DNA from: Euglena gracilis
Lineage: Eukaryota
Direction: 5' to 3'
DNA length: 64,000 nucleotides
Assembly (NCBI GenBank): GCA_039621445.1
Contig: CP154954.1
Coordinates: forward strand, 34,953,703 to 35,017,702
Shown here: positions 39,401 through 53,334 of the stretch, piece after piece
Position numbering within the stretch: position 1 is the stretch's first letter
Layout of the letters: the number at the start of each line of letters is the position of its first letter
The notes under the pieces: model-generated
What the model was told of the DNA's origin: nothing
The model's database searches: none
The model's input: the letters and a program-made list of their open reading frames with translations, nothing else
Translations under genes and position numbers: made by a program

Positions 39401-41900
39401 TGGTTTCATGATTGTCGTGGTTTAATGGTAAGAAAAACATGCAGCGGGAATGTTGGTTGCAAGAAATGAGCACATTTAGATGGGTGCATTCGACCATTCC
39501 GGGGGACATTTACCAGGTCAGCCCAGGTTACCATGTAAAAATGGACCAAAATGGGCCTTACTCCGAGTAACCGAATGGGTGTTCCAGGAGGCCTCCAAAG
39601 TCAGGGGACCCGTTGGTTTCATGATTGTCGTGGTTTAATGGTAAGAAAAACATGCAGCGGGAACGGTGGTTGCAAGACATGAGCACATTTGGATGGGTGC
39701 ATTCGACCATTCCGGGGGACATTTACCAGGTCAGCCCAGGTTACCATGTAAAAATGGACCAAAATTGGGCCTTACTCCGAGTAACCGAATGGGTGTTCCA
39801 GGAGGCCTCCAAAGTCAGGGGACCCGTTGGTTTCATGATTGTCGTGGTTTAATGGTAAGAAAAACATGCAGCGGGAATGTTGGTTGCAAGAAATGAGCAC
39901 ATTTAGATGGGTGCATTCGACCATTCCGGGGGACATTTACCAGGTCAGCCCAGGTTACCATGTAAAAATGGACCAAATTGGGCCTTACTCCGAGTAACCG
40001 AATGGGTGTTCCAGGAGGCCTCCAAAGTCAGGGGACCCATTGGTCTCATGATCGTCGTGGTTTAATGGTAAGAAAAACATGCAGCGGGAATGTTGGTTGC
40101 AAGAAATGAGCTCATTTAGATGGGTGCATTCGACCATTCCGGGGGACATTTACCAGGTCAGCCCAGGTTACCATGTAAAAATGGACCAAATTGGGCCTTA
40201 CTCCGAGTAACCGAATGGGTGTTCCAGGAGGCCTCCAAAGTAAGGGGACCCGTTGGTTTCATGATTGTCGTGGTTTAATGGTAAGAGAAACATGCAGCGG
40301 GAATGTTGGTTGCAAGAAATGAGCACATTTAGATGGGTGCATTCGACCATTCCGGGGGACATTTACCAGGTCAGCCCAGGTTACCATGTAAAAATGGACC
40401 AAATGGGCCTTACTCCGAGTAACCGAATGGGTGTTCCAGGAGGCCTCCAAAGTCAGGGGACCTGTTGGTTTCACGATTGTCGTGGTTTAATGGTAAGAAA
40501 AACTTGCAGCGGAAATGTTGGTTGCAAGAAATGAGCACATTTAGATGGGTGCATTCGACCATTCCGGGGGACATTTACCAGGTCAGCCCAGGTTACCATG
40601 TAAAAATGGACCAAATGGGCCTTACTCCGAGTAACCGAATGGGTGTTCCAGGAGGCCTCCAAAGTCAGGGGACCCGTTGGTTTCATGATTGTCGTGGTTT
40701 AATGGTAAGAAAAACATGCAGCGGGAATGTTGGTTGCAAGAAATGAGCACATTTAGATGGGTGCATTCGACCATTCCGGGGGACATTTACCAGGTCAGCC
40801 CAGGTTACCATGTAAAAATGGACCAAAATGGGCCTTACTCCGAGTAACCGAATGGGTGTTCCAGGAGGCCTCCAAAGTCAGGGGACCCGTTGGTTTCATG
40901 ATTGTCGTGGTTTAATGGTAAGAAAAACATGCAGCGGGAACGGTGGTTGCAAGAAATGAGCACATTTGGATGGGTGCATTCGACCATTCCGGGGGACATT
41001 TACCAGGTCAGCCCAGGTTACCTTGTAAAAGTGGACCAAAATGGGCCTTACTCCGAGTAACCGAATGGGTGTTCCAGGAGGCCTCCAAAGTCAGGGGACC
41101 CGTTGGTTTCATGATTGTCGTAGTTTAATGGTAAGAAAAACATGCAGCGGGAATGTTGGTTGCAAGAAATGAGCACATTTAGATGGGTGCATTCGACCAT
41201 TCCGGGGGACATTTACCAGGTCAGCCCAGGTTACCATGTAAAAATGGACCAAATTGGGCCTTACTCCGAGTAACCGAATGGGTGTTCCAGGAGGCCTCCA
41301 AAGTCAGGGGACCCATTGGTCTCATGATCGTCGTGGTTCAGTGGTAAGAAAAACATGCAGCGGGAATGTTGGTTGCAAGAAATGAGCTCATTTAGATGGG
41401 TGCATTCGACCATTCCGGGGGACATTTACCAGGTCAGCCCAGGTTACCATGTAAAAATGGACCAAATTGGGCCTTACTCCGAGTAACCGAATGGGTGTTC
41501 CAGGAGGCCTCCAAAGTCAGGGGACCCGTTGGTTTCATGATTGTCGTGGTTTAATGGTAAGAAAAACGTGCAGCGGGAACGTTGGTTGCAAGAAATGAGC
41601 ACATTTAGATGGGTGCATTCGACCATTCCGGGGGACATTTACCAGGTCAGCCCAGGTTACCATGTAAAAATGGACCAAATTGGGCCTTACTCCGAGTAAC
41701 CGAATGGGTGTTCCAGGAGGCCTCCAAAGTCAGGGGACCCGTTGGTTTCATGATTGTCGTGGTTTAATGGTAAGAAAAACATGCAGCGGGAGCGTTGGTT
41801 GCAAGACATGAGCACATTTGGATGGGTGCATTCGACCATTCCGGGGGACATTTACCAGGTTAGCCCAGGTTACCTTGTAAAAGTGGACCAAAATGGGCCT
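36500..41900 (-). repeat. 6-monomer (~1277 bp) higher-order repeat, about 4 copies
   Basis: GCGGAAATG at ~36678, ~37954, 39231 and ~40509; GACCTGTTGGTTTCACG at 37904, 39181 and 40459; ACCCATTGGTCTCATG at 38756, 40035 and 41311. Confidence 0.85.
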
Positions 41901-42175
41901 TACTCCCAGTAACCGAATGGGTGTTCCAGGAGACCTCCAAAGTCAGGGGACCCGTTGGTTTCATGATTGTCGTAGTTTAATGGTAAGAAAAACATGCAGC
42001 GGGAATGTTGGTTGCAAGAAATGAGCACATTTAGATGGGTGCATTCGACCATTCCGGGGGACATTTACCAGGTCAGCCCAGGTTACCATGTAAAAATGGA
42101 CCAAATTGGGCCTTACTCCGAGTAACCGAATGGGTGTTCCAGGAGGCCTCCAAAGTCAGGGGACCCGTGGTTTAA

Positions 42176-42301
42176 GGGGGGGGGGGGGCGGGGGGGGGGG
42201 GGGGAGAGGGGCGAGGGGGGGGGTGGATGGCGGAGGGGGTGGGGGAGGGGGGATGAGTAGGGGGGAGGGGGGGTGGGGGGGGGGGGGGGGAGGGGGGGGG
42301 G
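42176..42301. other. G-rich low-complexity tract interrupting one monomer (probable sequencing/assembly artefact)
   Basis: About 126 nt of almost pure G replace part of a monomer. Net monomer length is 292 bp (42106 to 42398). Confidence 0.85.
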
Positions 42302-45300
42302 GGTTGCAAGAAATGAGCTCATTTAGATGGGTGCATTCGACCATTCCGGGGGACATTTACCAGGTCAGCCCAGGTTACCATGTAAAAATGGACCAAATTG
42401 GGCCTTACTCCGAGTAACCGAATGGGTGTTCCAGGAGGCCTCCAAAGTCAGGGGACCCGTTGGTTTCATGATTGTCGTGGTTTAATGGTAAGAAAAACAT
42501 GCAGCGGGAATGTTGGTTGCAAGAAATGAGCACATTTAGATGGGTGCATTCGACCATTCCGGGGGACATTTACCAGGTCAGCCCAGGTTACCATGTAAAA
42601 TGGACCAAATTGGGCCTTACTCCGAGTAACCGAATGGGTGTTCCAGGAGGCCTCCAAAGTCAGGGGACCCGTTGGTTTCATGATTGTCGTAGTTTAATGG
42701 TAAGAAAAACATGCAGCGGGAATGTTGGTTGCAAGAAATGAGCACATTTAGATGGGTGCATTCGACCATTCCGGGGGACATTTACCAGGTCAGCCCAGGT
42801 TACCATGTAAAAATGGACCAAATTGGGCCTTACTCCGAGTAACCGAATGGGTGTTCCAGGAGGCCTCCAAAGTCAGGGGACCCGTTGGTTTCATGATTGT
42901 CGTGGTTTAATGGTAAGAAAAACATGCAGCGGGAATGTTGGTTGCAAGAAATGAGCTCATTTAGATGGGTGCATTCGACCATTCCGGGGGACATTTACCA
43001 GGTCAGCCCAGGTTACCATGTAAAAATGGACCAAATTGGGCCTTACTCCGAGTAACCGAATGGGTGTTCCAGGAGGCCTCCAAAGTCAGGGGACCCGTTG
43101 GTTTCATGATTGTCGTGGTTTAATGGTAAGAAAAACATGCAGCGAGAACGTTGGTTGCAAGAAATGAGCTCATTTAGATGGGTGCATTCGACCATTCCGG
43201 GGGACATTTACCAGGTCAGCCCAGGTTACCTTGTAAATGTGGACCAAAATGGGCCTTACTCCGAGTAACCGAATGGGTGTTCCAGGAGGCCTCCAAAGTC
43301 AGGGGACCCGTTGGTTTCATGATTGTCGTGGTTTAATGGTAAGAAAAACATGCAGCCGGAATGTTGGTTGCAAGAAATGAGCACATTTAGATGGGTGCAT
43401 TCGACCATTCCGGGGGACATTTACCAGGTCAGCCCAGGTTACCATGTAAAAATGGACCAAATTGGGCCTTACTCCGAGTAACCGAATGGGTGTTCCAGGA
43501 GGCCTCCAAAGTCAGGGGACCCATTGGTCTCATGATAGTCGTGGTTCAGTGGTAAGAAAAACACGCAGCGGGAATGTTGGTTGCAAGAAATGAGCTCATT
43601 TATATGGGTGCATTCGACCATTCCGGGGGACATTTACCAGGTCAGCCCAGGTTACCATGTAAAAATGGACCAAATTGGGCCTTACTCCGAGTAACCGAAT
43701 GGGTGTTCCAGGAGGCCTCCAAAGTCAGGGGACCCGTTGGTTTCATGATTGTCGTGGTTTAATGGTAAGAAAAACATGCAGCGGGAACGTTGGTTGCAAG
43801 AAATGAGCACATTTAGATGGGTGCATTCGACCATTCCGGGGGACATTTACCAGGTCAGCCCAGGTTACCTTGTAAATGTGGACCAAAATGGGCCTTACTC
43901 CGAGTTACCGAATGGGTGTTCCAGGAGGCCTCCAAAGTCAGGGGACCCGTTGGTTTCATGATTGTCGTGGTTTAATGGTAAGAAAAACATGCAGCGGGAA
44001 TGTTGGTTGCAAGAAATGAGCAGATTTAGATGGGTGCATTCGACCATTCCGGGGGACATTTACCAGGTCAGCCCAGGTTACCATGTAAAAATGGACCAAA
44101 ATGGGCCTTACTCCGAGTAACCGAATGGGTGTTCCAGGAGGCCTCCAAAGTCAGGGGACCCGTTGGTTTCATGATTGTCGTGGTTTAATGGTAAGAAAAA
44201 CATGCAGCGGGAATGTTGGTTGCAAGAAATGAGCACATTTAGATGGGTGCATTCGACCATTCCGGGGGACATTTACCAGGTCAGCCCAGGTTACCATGTA
44301 AAAATGGACCAAATTGGGCCTTACTCCGAGTAACCGAATGGGTGTTCCAGGAGGCCTCCAAAGTCAGGGGACCCGTTGGTCTCATGATAGTCGTGGTTCA
44401 GTGCTAAGAAAAACACGCAGCGGGAATGTTGGTTGCAAGAAATGAGCACATTTAGATGGGTGCATTCGACCATTCCGGGGGACATTTACCAGGTCAGCCC
44501 AGGTTACCATGTAAAAATGGACCAAATTGGGCCTTACTCCGAGTAACCGAATGGGTGTTCCAGGAGGCCTCCAAAGTCAGGGGACCCGTTGGTTTCATGA
44601 TTGTCGTGGTTTAATGGTAAGAAAAACATGCAGCGGGAACGTTGGTTGCAAGAAATGAGCACATTTAGATGGGTGCATTCGACCATTCCGGGGGACATTT
44701 ACCAGGTCAGCCCAGGTTACCATGTAAAAATGGACCAAATTGGGCCTTACTCCGAGTTACCGAATGGGTGTTCCAGGAGGCCTCCAAAGTCAGGGGACCC
44801 GTTGGTTTCATGATTGTCGTGGTTTAATGGTAAGAAAAACATGCGGCGGGAATGTTGGTTGCAAGAAATGAGCACATTTAGATGGGTGCATTCGACCATT
44901 CCGGGGGACATTTACCAGGTCAGCCCAGGTTACCATGTAAAAATGGACCAAATTGGGCCTTACTCCGAGTAACCGAATGGGTGTTCCAGGAGGCCTCCAA
45001 AGTCAGGGGACCCGTTGGTTTCATGATTGTCGTGGTTTAATGGTAAGAAAAACATGCAGCGGGAAGGTTGGTTGCAAGAAATGAGCTCATTTAGATGGGT
45101 GCATTCGACCATTCCGGGGGACATTTACCAGGTCAGCCCAGGTTACCATGTAAAAATGGACCAAATTGGGCCTTACTCCGAGTAACCGAATGGGTGTTCC
45201 AGGAGGCCTCCAAAGTCAGGGGACCCGTTGGTTTCATGATTGTCGTGGTGGATTGATAAGAAAAACATGCAGCGGGAATTTTGGTTGCAAGAAATGAGCA

Positions 45301-48300
45301 CATTTAGATGGGTGCATTCGACCATTCCGGGGGACATTTACCAGGTCAGCCCAGGTTACCATGTAAAAATGGACCAAATTGGGCCTTACTCCGAGTTACC
45401 GAATGGGTGTTCCAGGAGGCCTCCAAAGTCAGGGGACCCGTTGGTTTCATGATTGTCGTGGTTTAATGGTAAGAAAAACATGCAGCGGGAACGTTGGTTG
45501 CAAGAAATGAGCAGATTTAGATGGGTGCATTCGACCATTCCGGGGGACATTTACCAGGTCAGCCCAGGTTACCATGTAAAAATGGACCAAATTGGGCCTT
45601 ACTCCGAGTAACCGAATGGGTGTTCCAGGAGGCCTCCAAAGTCAGGGGACCCGTTGGTTTCATGATTGTCGTGGTTTAATGGTAAGAAAAACATGCAGCG
45701 GGAATGTTGGTTGCAAGAAATGAGCAGATTTAGATGGGTGCATTCGACCATTCCGGGGGACATTTACCAGGTCAGCCCAGGTTACCATGTAAAAATGGAC
45801 CAAAATTGGGCCTTACTCCGAGTAACCGAATGGGTGTTCCAGGAGGCCTCCAAAGTCAGGGGACCCGTTGGTTTCATGATTGTCGTGGTTTAATGGTAAG
45901 AAAAACATGCAGCGGGAATGTTGGTTGCAAGAAATGAGCAGATTTAGATGGGTGCATTCGACCATTCCGGGGGACATTTACCAGGTCAGCCCAGGTTACC
46001 ATGTAAAAATGGACCAAATTGGGCCTTACTCCGAGTTACCGAATGGGTGTTCCAGGAGGCCTCCAAAGTCAGGGGACCCGTTGGTTTCATGATTGTCGTG
46101 GTTTAATGGTAAGAAAAACATGCAGCGGGAAGGTTGGTTGCAAGAAATGAGCAGATTTAGATGGGTGCATTCGACCATTCCGGGGGACATTTACCAGGTC
46201 AGCCCAGGTTACCATGTAAAAATGGACCAAATTGGGCCTTACTCCGAGTAACCGAATGGGTGTTCCAGGAGGCCTCCAAAGTCAGGGGACCCGTTGGTTT
46301 CATGATTGTCGTGGTTTAATGGTAAGAAAAACATGCAGCCGGAAGGTTGGTTGCAAGAAATGAGCACATTTAGATGGGTGCATTCGACCATTCCGGGGGA
46401 CATTTACCAGGTCAGCCCAGGTTACCATGTAAAAATGGACCAAATTGGGCCTTACTCCGAGTTACCGAATGGGTGTTCCAGGAGGCCTCCAAAGTCAGGG
46501 GACCCGTTGGTTTCATGATTGTCGTGGTTTAATGGTAAGAAAAACATGCAGCCGGAAGGTTGGTTGCAAGAAATGAGCAGATTTAGATGGGTGCATTCGA
46601 CCATTCCGGGGGACATTTACCAGGTCAGCCCAGGTTACCATGTAAAAATGGACCAAATTGGGCCTTACTCCGAGTTACCGAATGGGTGTTCCAGGAGGCC
46701 TCCAAAGTCAGGGGACCCGTTGGTTTCATGATTGTCGTGGTTTAATGGTAAGAAAAACGTGCAGCGGGAAGGTTGGTTGCAATAAATGAGCAGATTTAGA
46801 TGGGTGCATTCGACCATTCCGGGGGACATTTACCAGGTCAGCCCAGGTTACCATGCAAAAATGGACCAAATTGGGCCTTACTCCGAGTAACCGAATGGGT
46901 GTTCCAGGAGGCCTCCAAAGTCAGGGGACCCGTTGGTTTCATGATTGTCGTGGTTTAATGGTAAGAAAAACATGCAGCGGGAATGTTGGTTGCAAGAAAT
47001 GAGCAGATTTAGATGGGTGCATTCGACCATTCCGGGGGACATTTACCAGGTCAGCCCAGGTTACCATGTAAAAATGGACCAAATTGGGCCTTACTCCGAG
47101 TTACCGAATGGGTGTTCCAGGAGGCCTCCAAAGTCAGGGGACCCGTTGGTTTCATGATTGTCGTGGTTTAATGGTAAGAAAAACATGCAGCGGGAATGTT
47201 GGTTGCAAGAAATGAGCAGATTTAGATGGGTGCATTCGACCATTCCGGGGGACATTTACCAGGTCAGCCCAGGTTACCATGTAAAAATGGACCAAATTGG
47301 GCCTTACTCCGAGTAACCGAATGGGTGTTCCAGGAGGCCTCCAAAGTCAGGGGACCCGTTGGTTTCATGATTGTCGTGGTTTAATGGTAAGAAAAACGTG
47401 CAGCGGGAATGTTGGTTGCAAGAAATGAGCAGATTTAGATGGGTGCATTCGACCATTCCGGGGGACATTTACCAGGTCAGCCCAGGTTACCATGCAAAAA
47501 CGGACCAAAATGGGCCTTACTCCCGGTTACCGAATGGGTGTTCCAGGAGGCCTCCAAAGTCAGGGGACCCGTTGGTTTCATGATTGTCGTGGTTTAATGG
47601 TAAGAAAAACATGCAGCGGGAATGTTGGTTGCAAGAAATGAGCAGATTTAGATGGGTGCATTCGACCATTCCGGGGGACATTTACCAGGTCAGCCCAGGT
47701 TACCATGTAAAAATGGACCAAATTGGGCCTTACTCCGAGTTACCGAATGGGTGTTCCAGGAGGCCTCCAAAGTCAGGGGACCCGTTGGTTTCATGATTCT
47801 CGTGATTTAATGGTAAGGAAAACATGCAGCGGGAATGTTGGTTGCAAGAAATGAGCATATTTAGATGGGTGCATTCGACCATTCCGGGGGACATTTACCA
47901 GGTCAGCCCAGGTTACCATGTAAAAATGGACCAAATTGGGCCTTACTCCGAGTTACCGAATGGGTGTTCCAGGAGGCCTCCAAAGTCAGGGGACCCGTTG
48001 GTTTCATGATTGTCGTGGTTTAATGGTAAGAAAAACATGCAGCCGAAAGGTTGGTTGCAAGAAATGAGCAGATTTAGATGGGTGCATTCGACCATTCCGG
48101 GGGACATTTACCAGGTCAGCCCAGGTTACCATGTAAAAATGGACCAAACTGGGCCTTACTCCGAGTTACCGAATGGGTGTTCCAGGAGGCCTCCAAAGTC
48201 AGGGGACCCGTTGGTTTCATGATTGTCGTGGTTTAATGGTAAGAAAAACATGCAGCCGGAATGTTGGTTGCAAGAAATGAGCAGATTTAGATGGGTGCAT

Positions 48301-51300
48301 TCGACCATTCCGGGGGACATTTACCAGGTCAGCCCAGGTTACCATGTAAAAATGGACCAAATTGGGCCTTACTCCGAGTTACCGAATGGGTGTTCCAGGA
48401 GGCCTCCAAAGTCAGGGGACCCGTTGGTTTCATGATTGTCGTGGTTTAATGGTAAGAAAAACATGCAGCGTGAATGTTGGTTGCAAGAAATGAGCAGATT
48501 TAGATGGGTGCATTCGACCATTCCGGGGGACATTTACCAGGTCAGCCCAGGTTACCATGTAAAAATGGACCAAATTGGGCCTTACTCCGAGTTACCGAAT
48601 GGGTGTTCCAGGAGGCCTCCAAAGTCAGGGGACCCGTTGGTTTCATGATTGTCGTGGTTTAATGGTAAGAAAAACATGCAGCGGGAATGTTGGTTGCAAG
48701 AAATGAGCAGATTTAGATGGGTGCATTCGACCATTCCGGGGGACATTTACCAGGTCAGCCCAGGTTACCATGTAAAAATGGACCAAATTGGGCCTTACTC
48801 CGAGTTACCGAATGGGTGCTCCAGGAGGCCTCCAAAGTCAGGGGACCCGTTGGTTTCATGATTGTCGTGGTTTAATGGTAAGAAAAACATGCAGCGGGAT
48901 TGTTCGTTGCAAGAAATGAGCAGATTTAGATGGGTGCATTCGACCATTCCGGGGGACATTTACCAGGTCAGCCCAGGTTACCATGTAAAAATGGACCAAA
49001 TTGGGCCTTACTCCGAGTTACCGAATGGGTGTTCCAGGAGGCCTCCAAAGTCAGGGGACCCGTTGGTTTCATGATTGTCGTGGTTAAATGGTAAGAAAAC
49101 CATGCAGCGGGAATGTTGGTTGCAAGAAATGAGCAGATTTAGATGGGTGCATTCGACCATTCCGGGGGACATTTACCAGGTCAGCCCAGGTTACCATGTA
49201 AAAATGGACCAAATTGGGCCTTACTCCGAGTAACCGAATGGGTGTTCCAGGAGGCCTCCAAAGTCAGGGGACCCGTTGGTTTCATGATTGTCGTGGTTTA
49301 ATGGTAAGAAAAACATGCGGCCGGAAAGTTGGCTGCAAGAAATGAGCAGATTTAGATGGGTGCATTCGACCATTCCGGGGGACATTTACCAGGTCAGCCC
49401 AGGTTACCATGTAAAAATGGACCAAATTCGGCCTTACTCCGAGTTACCGAATGGGTGTTCCAGGAGGCCTCCAAAGTCAGGGGACCCGTTGGTTTCATGA
49501 TTGTCGTGGTTTAATGGTAAGAAAAACATGCAGCGGGAATGTTGGTTGCAAGAAAAAATGAGCAGATTTAGACGGGTGCATTCGACCATTCCGGAGGACA
49601 TTTACCAGGTCAGCCCAGGTTACCATGTAAAAATGGACCAAATTGGGCCTTACTCCGAGTCACAGAATGGGTGTTCCAGTAGGCCTCCAAAGTCAGGGGA
49701 CCCGTTGGTTTCATGATTGTCGTGGTTTAATGGTAAGAAAAAAATGCAGCCGGAAGGTTGGTTGCAAGAAATGAGCAGATTTAGATGGGTGCATTCGACC
49801 ATTCCGGGGGACATTTACCAGGTCAGCCCAGGTTACCATGTAAAAATGGACCAAATTGGGCCTTACTCCGAGTTACCGAATGGGTGTCCAGGAGGCCTCC
49901 AAAGTCAGGGGACCCGTTGGTTTCATGATTGTCGTGGTTTAATGGTAAGAAAAACATGCAGCGGGAATGTTGGTTGCAAGAAATGAGCAGATTTAGATGG
50001 GTGCATTCGACCATTCCGGGGGACATTTACCAGGTCAGCCCAGGTTACCATGTAAAAATGGACCAAATTGGGCCTTACTCCGAGTAACCGAATGGGTGTT
50101 CCAGGAGGCCTCCAAAGTCAGGGGACCCGTTGGTTTCATGATTGTCGTGGTTTAATGGTAAGAAAAAAATGCAGCCGGAAGGTTGGTTGCAAGAAATGAG
50201 CAGATTTAGATGGGTGCATTCGACCATTCCGGGGGACATTTACCAGGTCAGCCCAGGTTACCATGTAAAAATGGACCAAATTGGGCCTTACTCCGAGTTA
50301 CCGAATGGGTGTTCCAGGAGGCCTCCAAAGTCAGGGGACCCGTTGGTTTCATGATTGTCGTGGTTTAATGGTAAGAAAAACATGCGGCCGGAAGGTTGGC
50401 TGCAAGAAATGAGCAGATTTAGATGGGTGCATTCGACCATTCCGGGGGACATTTACCAGGTCAGCCCAGGTTACCATGTAAAAATGGACCAAATTGGGCC
50501 TTACTCCGAGTTACCGAATGGGTGTTCCAGGAGGCCTCCAAAGTCAGGGGACCCGTTGGTTTCATGATTGTCGTGGTTTAATGGTAAAAAAAACATGCAG
50601 CGGGAATGTTGGTTGCAAGAAATGAGCACATTTAGATGGGTGCATTCGACCATTCCGGGGGACATTTACCAGGTCAGCCCAGGTTACCATGTAAAAATGG
50701 ACCAAATTGGGCCTTACTCCGAGTTACCGAACGGGTGTTCCAGGAGGCCTCCAAAGTCAGGGGACCCGTTGGTTTCATGATTGTCGTGGTTTAATGGTAA
50801 GAAAAAAATACAGCCGGAAGGTTGGTTGCAAGGAATGAGCAGATTTAGATGGGTGCATTCGACCATTCCGGGGGACATTTACCAGGTCAGCCCAGGTTAC
50901 CATGTAAAAATGGACCAAATTGGGCCTTACTCCGAGTTACCGAATGGGTGTTCCAGGAGGCCTCCAAAGTCAGGGGACCCGTTGGTTTCATGATTGTCGT
51001 GGTTTAATGGTAAGAAAAACATGCAGCGGAAGGTTGGTTGCAAGAAATGAGCACATTTAGATGGGTGCATTCGACCATTCCGGGGGACATTTACCAGGTC
51101 AGCCCAGGTTACCATGTAAAAATGGACCAAATTGGGCCTTACTCCGAGTTACCGAATGGGTGTTCCAGGAGGCCTCCAAAGTCAGGGGACCCGTTGGTTT
51201 CATGATTGTCGTGGTTTAATGGTAAAAAAACATGCAGCGGGAATGTTGGTTGCAAGAAATGAGCACATTTAGATGGGTGCATTCGACCATTCCGGGGGAC

Positions 51301-53249
51301 ATTTACCAGGTCAGCCCAGGTTACCATGTAAAAATGGACCAAATTGGGCCTTACTCCGAGTTACCGAACGGGTGTTCCAGGAGGCCTCCAAAGTCAGGGG
51401 ACCCGTTGGTTTCATGATTGTCGTGGTTTAATGGTAAGAAAAACATGCAGCGGGAATGTTGGTTGCAAGAAATGAGCAGATTTAGATGGGTGCATTCGAC
51501 CATTCCGGGGGACATTTACCAGGTCAGCCCAGGTTACCATGTAAAAATGGACCAAATTGGGCCTTACTCCGAGTAACCGAATGGGTGTTCCAGGAGGCCT
51601 CCAAAGTCAGGGGACCCGTTGGTTTCATGATTGTCGTGGTTTAATGGTAAGAAAACATGCAGCGGGAATGTTGGTTGCAAGAAATGAGCACATTTAGATG
51701 GGTGCATTCGACCATTCCGGGGGACATTTACCAGGTCAGCCCAGGTTACCATGTAAAAATGGACCAAATTGGGCCTTACTCCGAGTTACCGAATGGGTGT
51801 TCCAGGAGGCCTCCAAAGTCAGGGGACCCGTTGGTTTCATGATTGTCGTGGTTTAATGGTAAGAAAAACATGCAGCCGGAAGGTTGGTTGCAAGAAATGA
51901 GAAGATTTAGATGGGTGCATTCGACCATTCCGGGGGACATTTACCAGGTCAGCCCAGGTTACCATGTAAAAATGGACCAAATTGGGCCTTACTCCGAGTT
52001 ACCGAATGGGTGTTCCAGGAGGCCTCCAAAGTCAGGGGACCCGTTGGTTTCATGATTGTCGTGGTTTAATGGTAAGAAAAACATGCAGCGGAATGTTGGT
52101 TGCAAGAAATGAGCAGATTTAGATGGGTGCATTCGACCATTCCGGGGGACATTTACCAGGTCAGCCCAGGTTACCATGTAAAAATGGACCAAATTGGGCC
52201 TTACTCCGAGTAACCGAATGGGTGTTCCAGGAGGCCTCCAAAGTCAGGGGACCCGTTGGTTTCATGATTGTCGTGGTTTAATGGTAAGAAAAACATGCGG
52301 CCGGAAGGTTGGCTGCAAGAAATGAGCAGATTTAGATGGGTGCATTCGACCATTCCGGGGGACATTTACCAGGTCAGCCCAGGTTACCATGTAAAAATGG
52401 ACCAAATTGGGCCTTACTCCGAGTAACCGAATGGGTGTTCCAGGAGGCCTCCAAAGTCAGGGGACCCGTTGGTTTCATGATTGTCGTGGTTTAATGGTAA
52501 GAAAAACATGCGGCCGAAAGGTTGGTTGCAAGAAATGAGCAGATTTAGATGGGTGCATTCGACCATTCCGGGGGACATTTACCAGGTCAGCCCAGGTTAC
52601 CATGTAAAAATGGACCAAATTGGGCCTTACTCCGAGTAACCGAATGGGTGTTCCAGGAGGCCTCCAAAGTCAGGGGACCCGTTGGTTTCATGATTGTCGT
52701 GGTTTAATGGTAAGAAAAACATGCAGCCGGAATGTTGGTTGCAAGAAATGAGCAGATTTAGATGGGTGCATTCGACCATTCCGGGGGACATTTACCAGGT
52801 CAGCCCAGGTTACCATGTAAAAATGGACCAAATTGGGCCTTACTCCGAGTAACCGAATGGGTGTTCCAGGAGGCCTCCAAAGTCAGGGGACCCGTTGGTT
52901 TCATGATTGTCGTGGTTTAATGGTAAGAAAAACATGCAGCGGGAATGTTGGTTGCAAGAAATGAGCACATTTAGATGGGTGCATTCGACCATTCCGGGGG
53001 ACATTTACCAGGTCAGCCCAGGTTACCATGTAAAAAATGGACCAAATTGGGCCTTACTCCGAGTAACCGAATGGGTGTTCCAGGAGGCCTCCAAAGTCAG
53101 GGGACCCGTTGGTTTCATGATTGTCGTGGTTTAATGGTAAGAAAAACATGCAGCCGGAAGGTTGGTTGCAAGAAATGAGCAGATTTAGATGGGTGCATTC
53201 GACCATTCCGGGGGACATTTACCAGGTCAGCCCAGGTTACCACGTAAAA

Positions 53250-53334
53250 TACCCCCCCCCCCCCCCCCCCCCCCCCACACTCGTGCGTTTTTTTGTCTTT
53301 TGTTTTGTTTTTTTTGGTGGTCACATTTGCCTTC
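53250..53334. other. C25 plus T-rich low-complexity tract interrupting one monomer (probable artefact)
   Basis: A C run at 53252-53276 is followed by TTTTTTGTCTTTTGTTTTGTTTTTTTTGG. Net monomer length is 280 bp (53121 to 53401). Confidence 0.85.

Noticed and set aside
42106-42417. Gly-rich and Pro-rich ORFs (also at 53115-53458)
   Set aside because: They are simply translations of the poly-G and poly-C tracts.
24805-49600. Fold-back (palindromic chimeric read) artefact as the cause of the inversion
   Set aside because: The right arm does not mirror the left arm's private variants, HOR periods or deletions, and the breakpoints are at different monomer positions.
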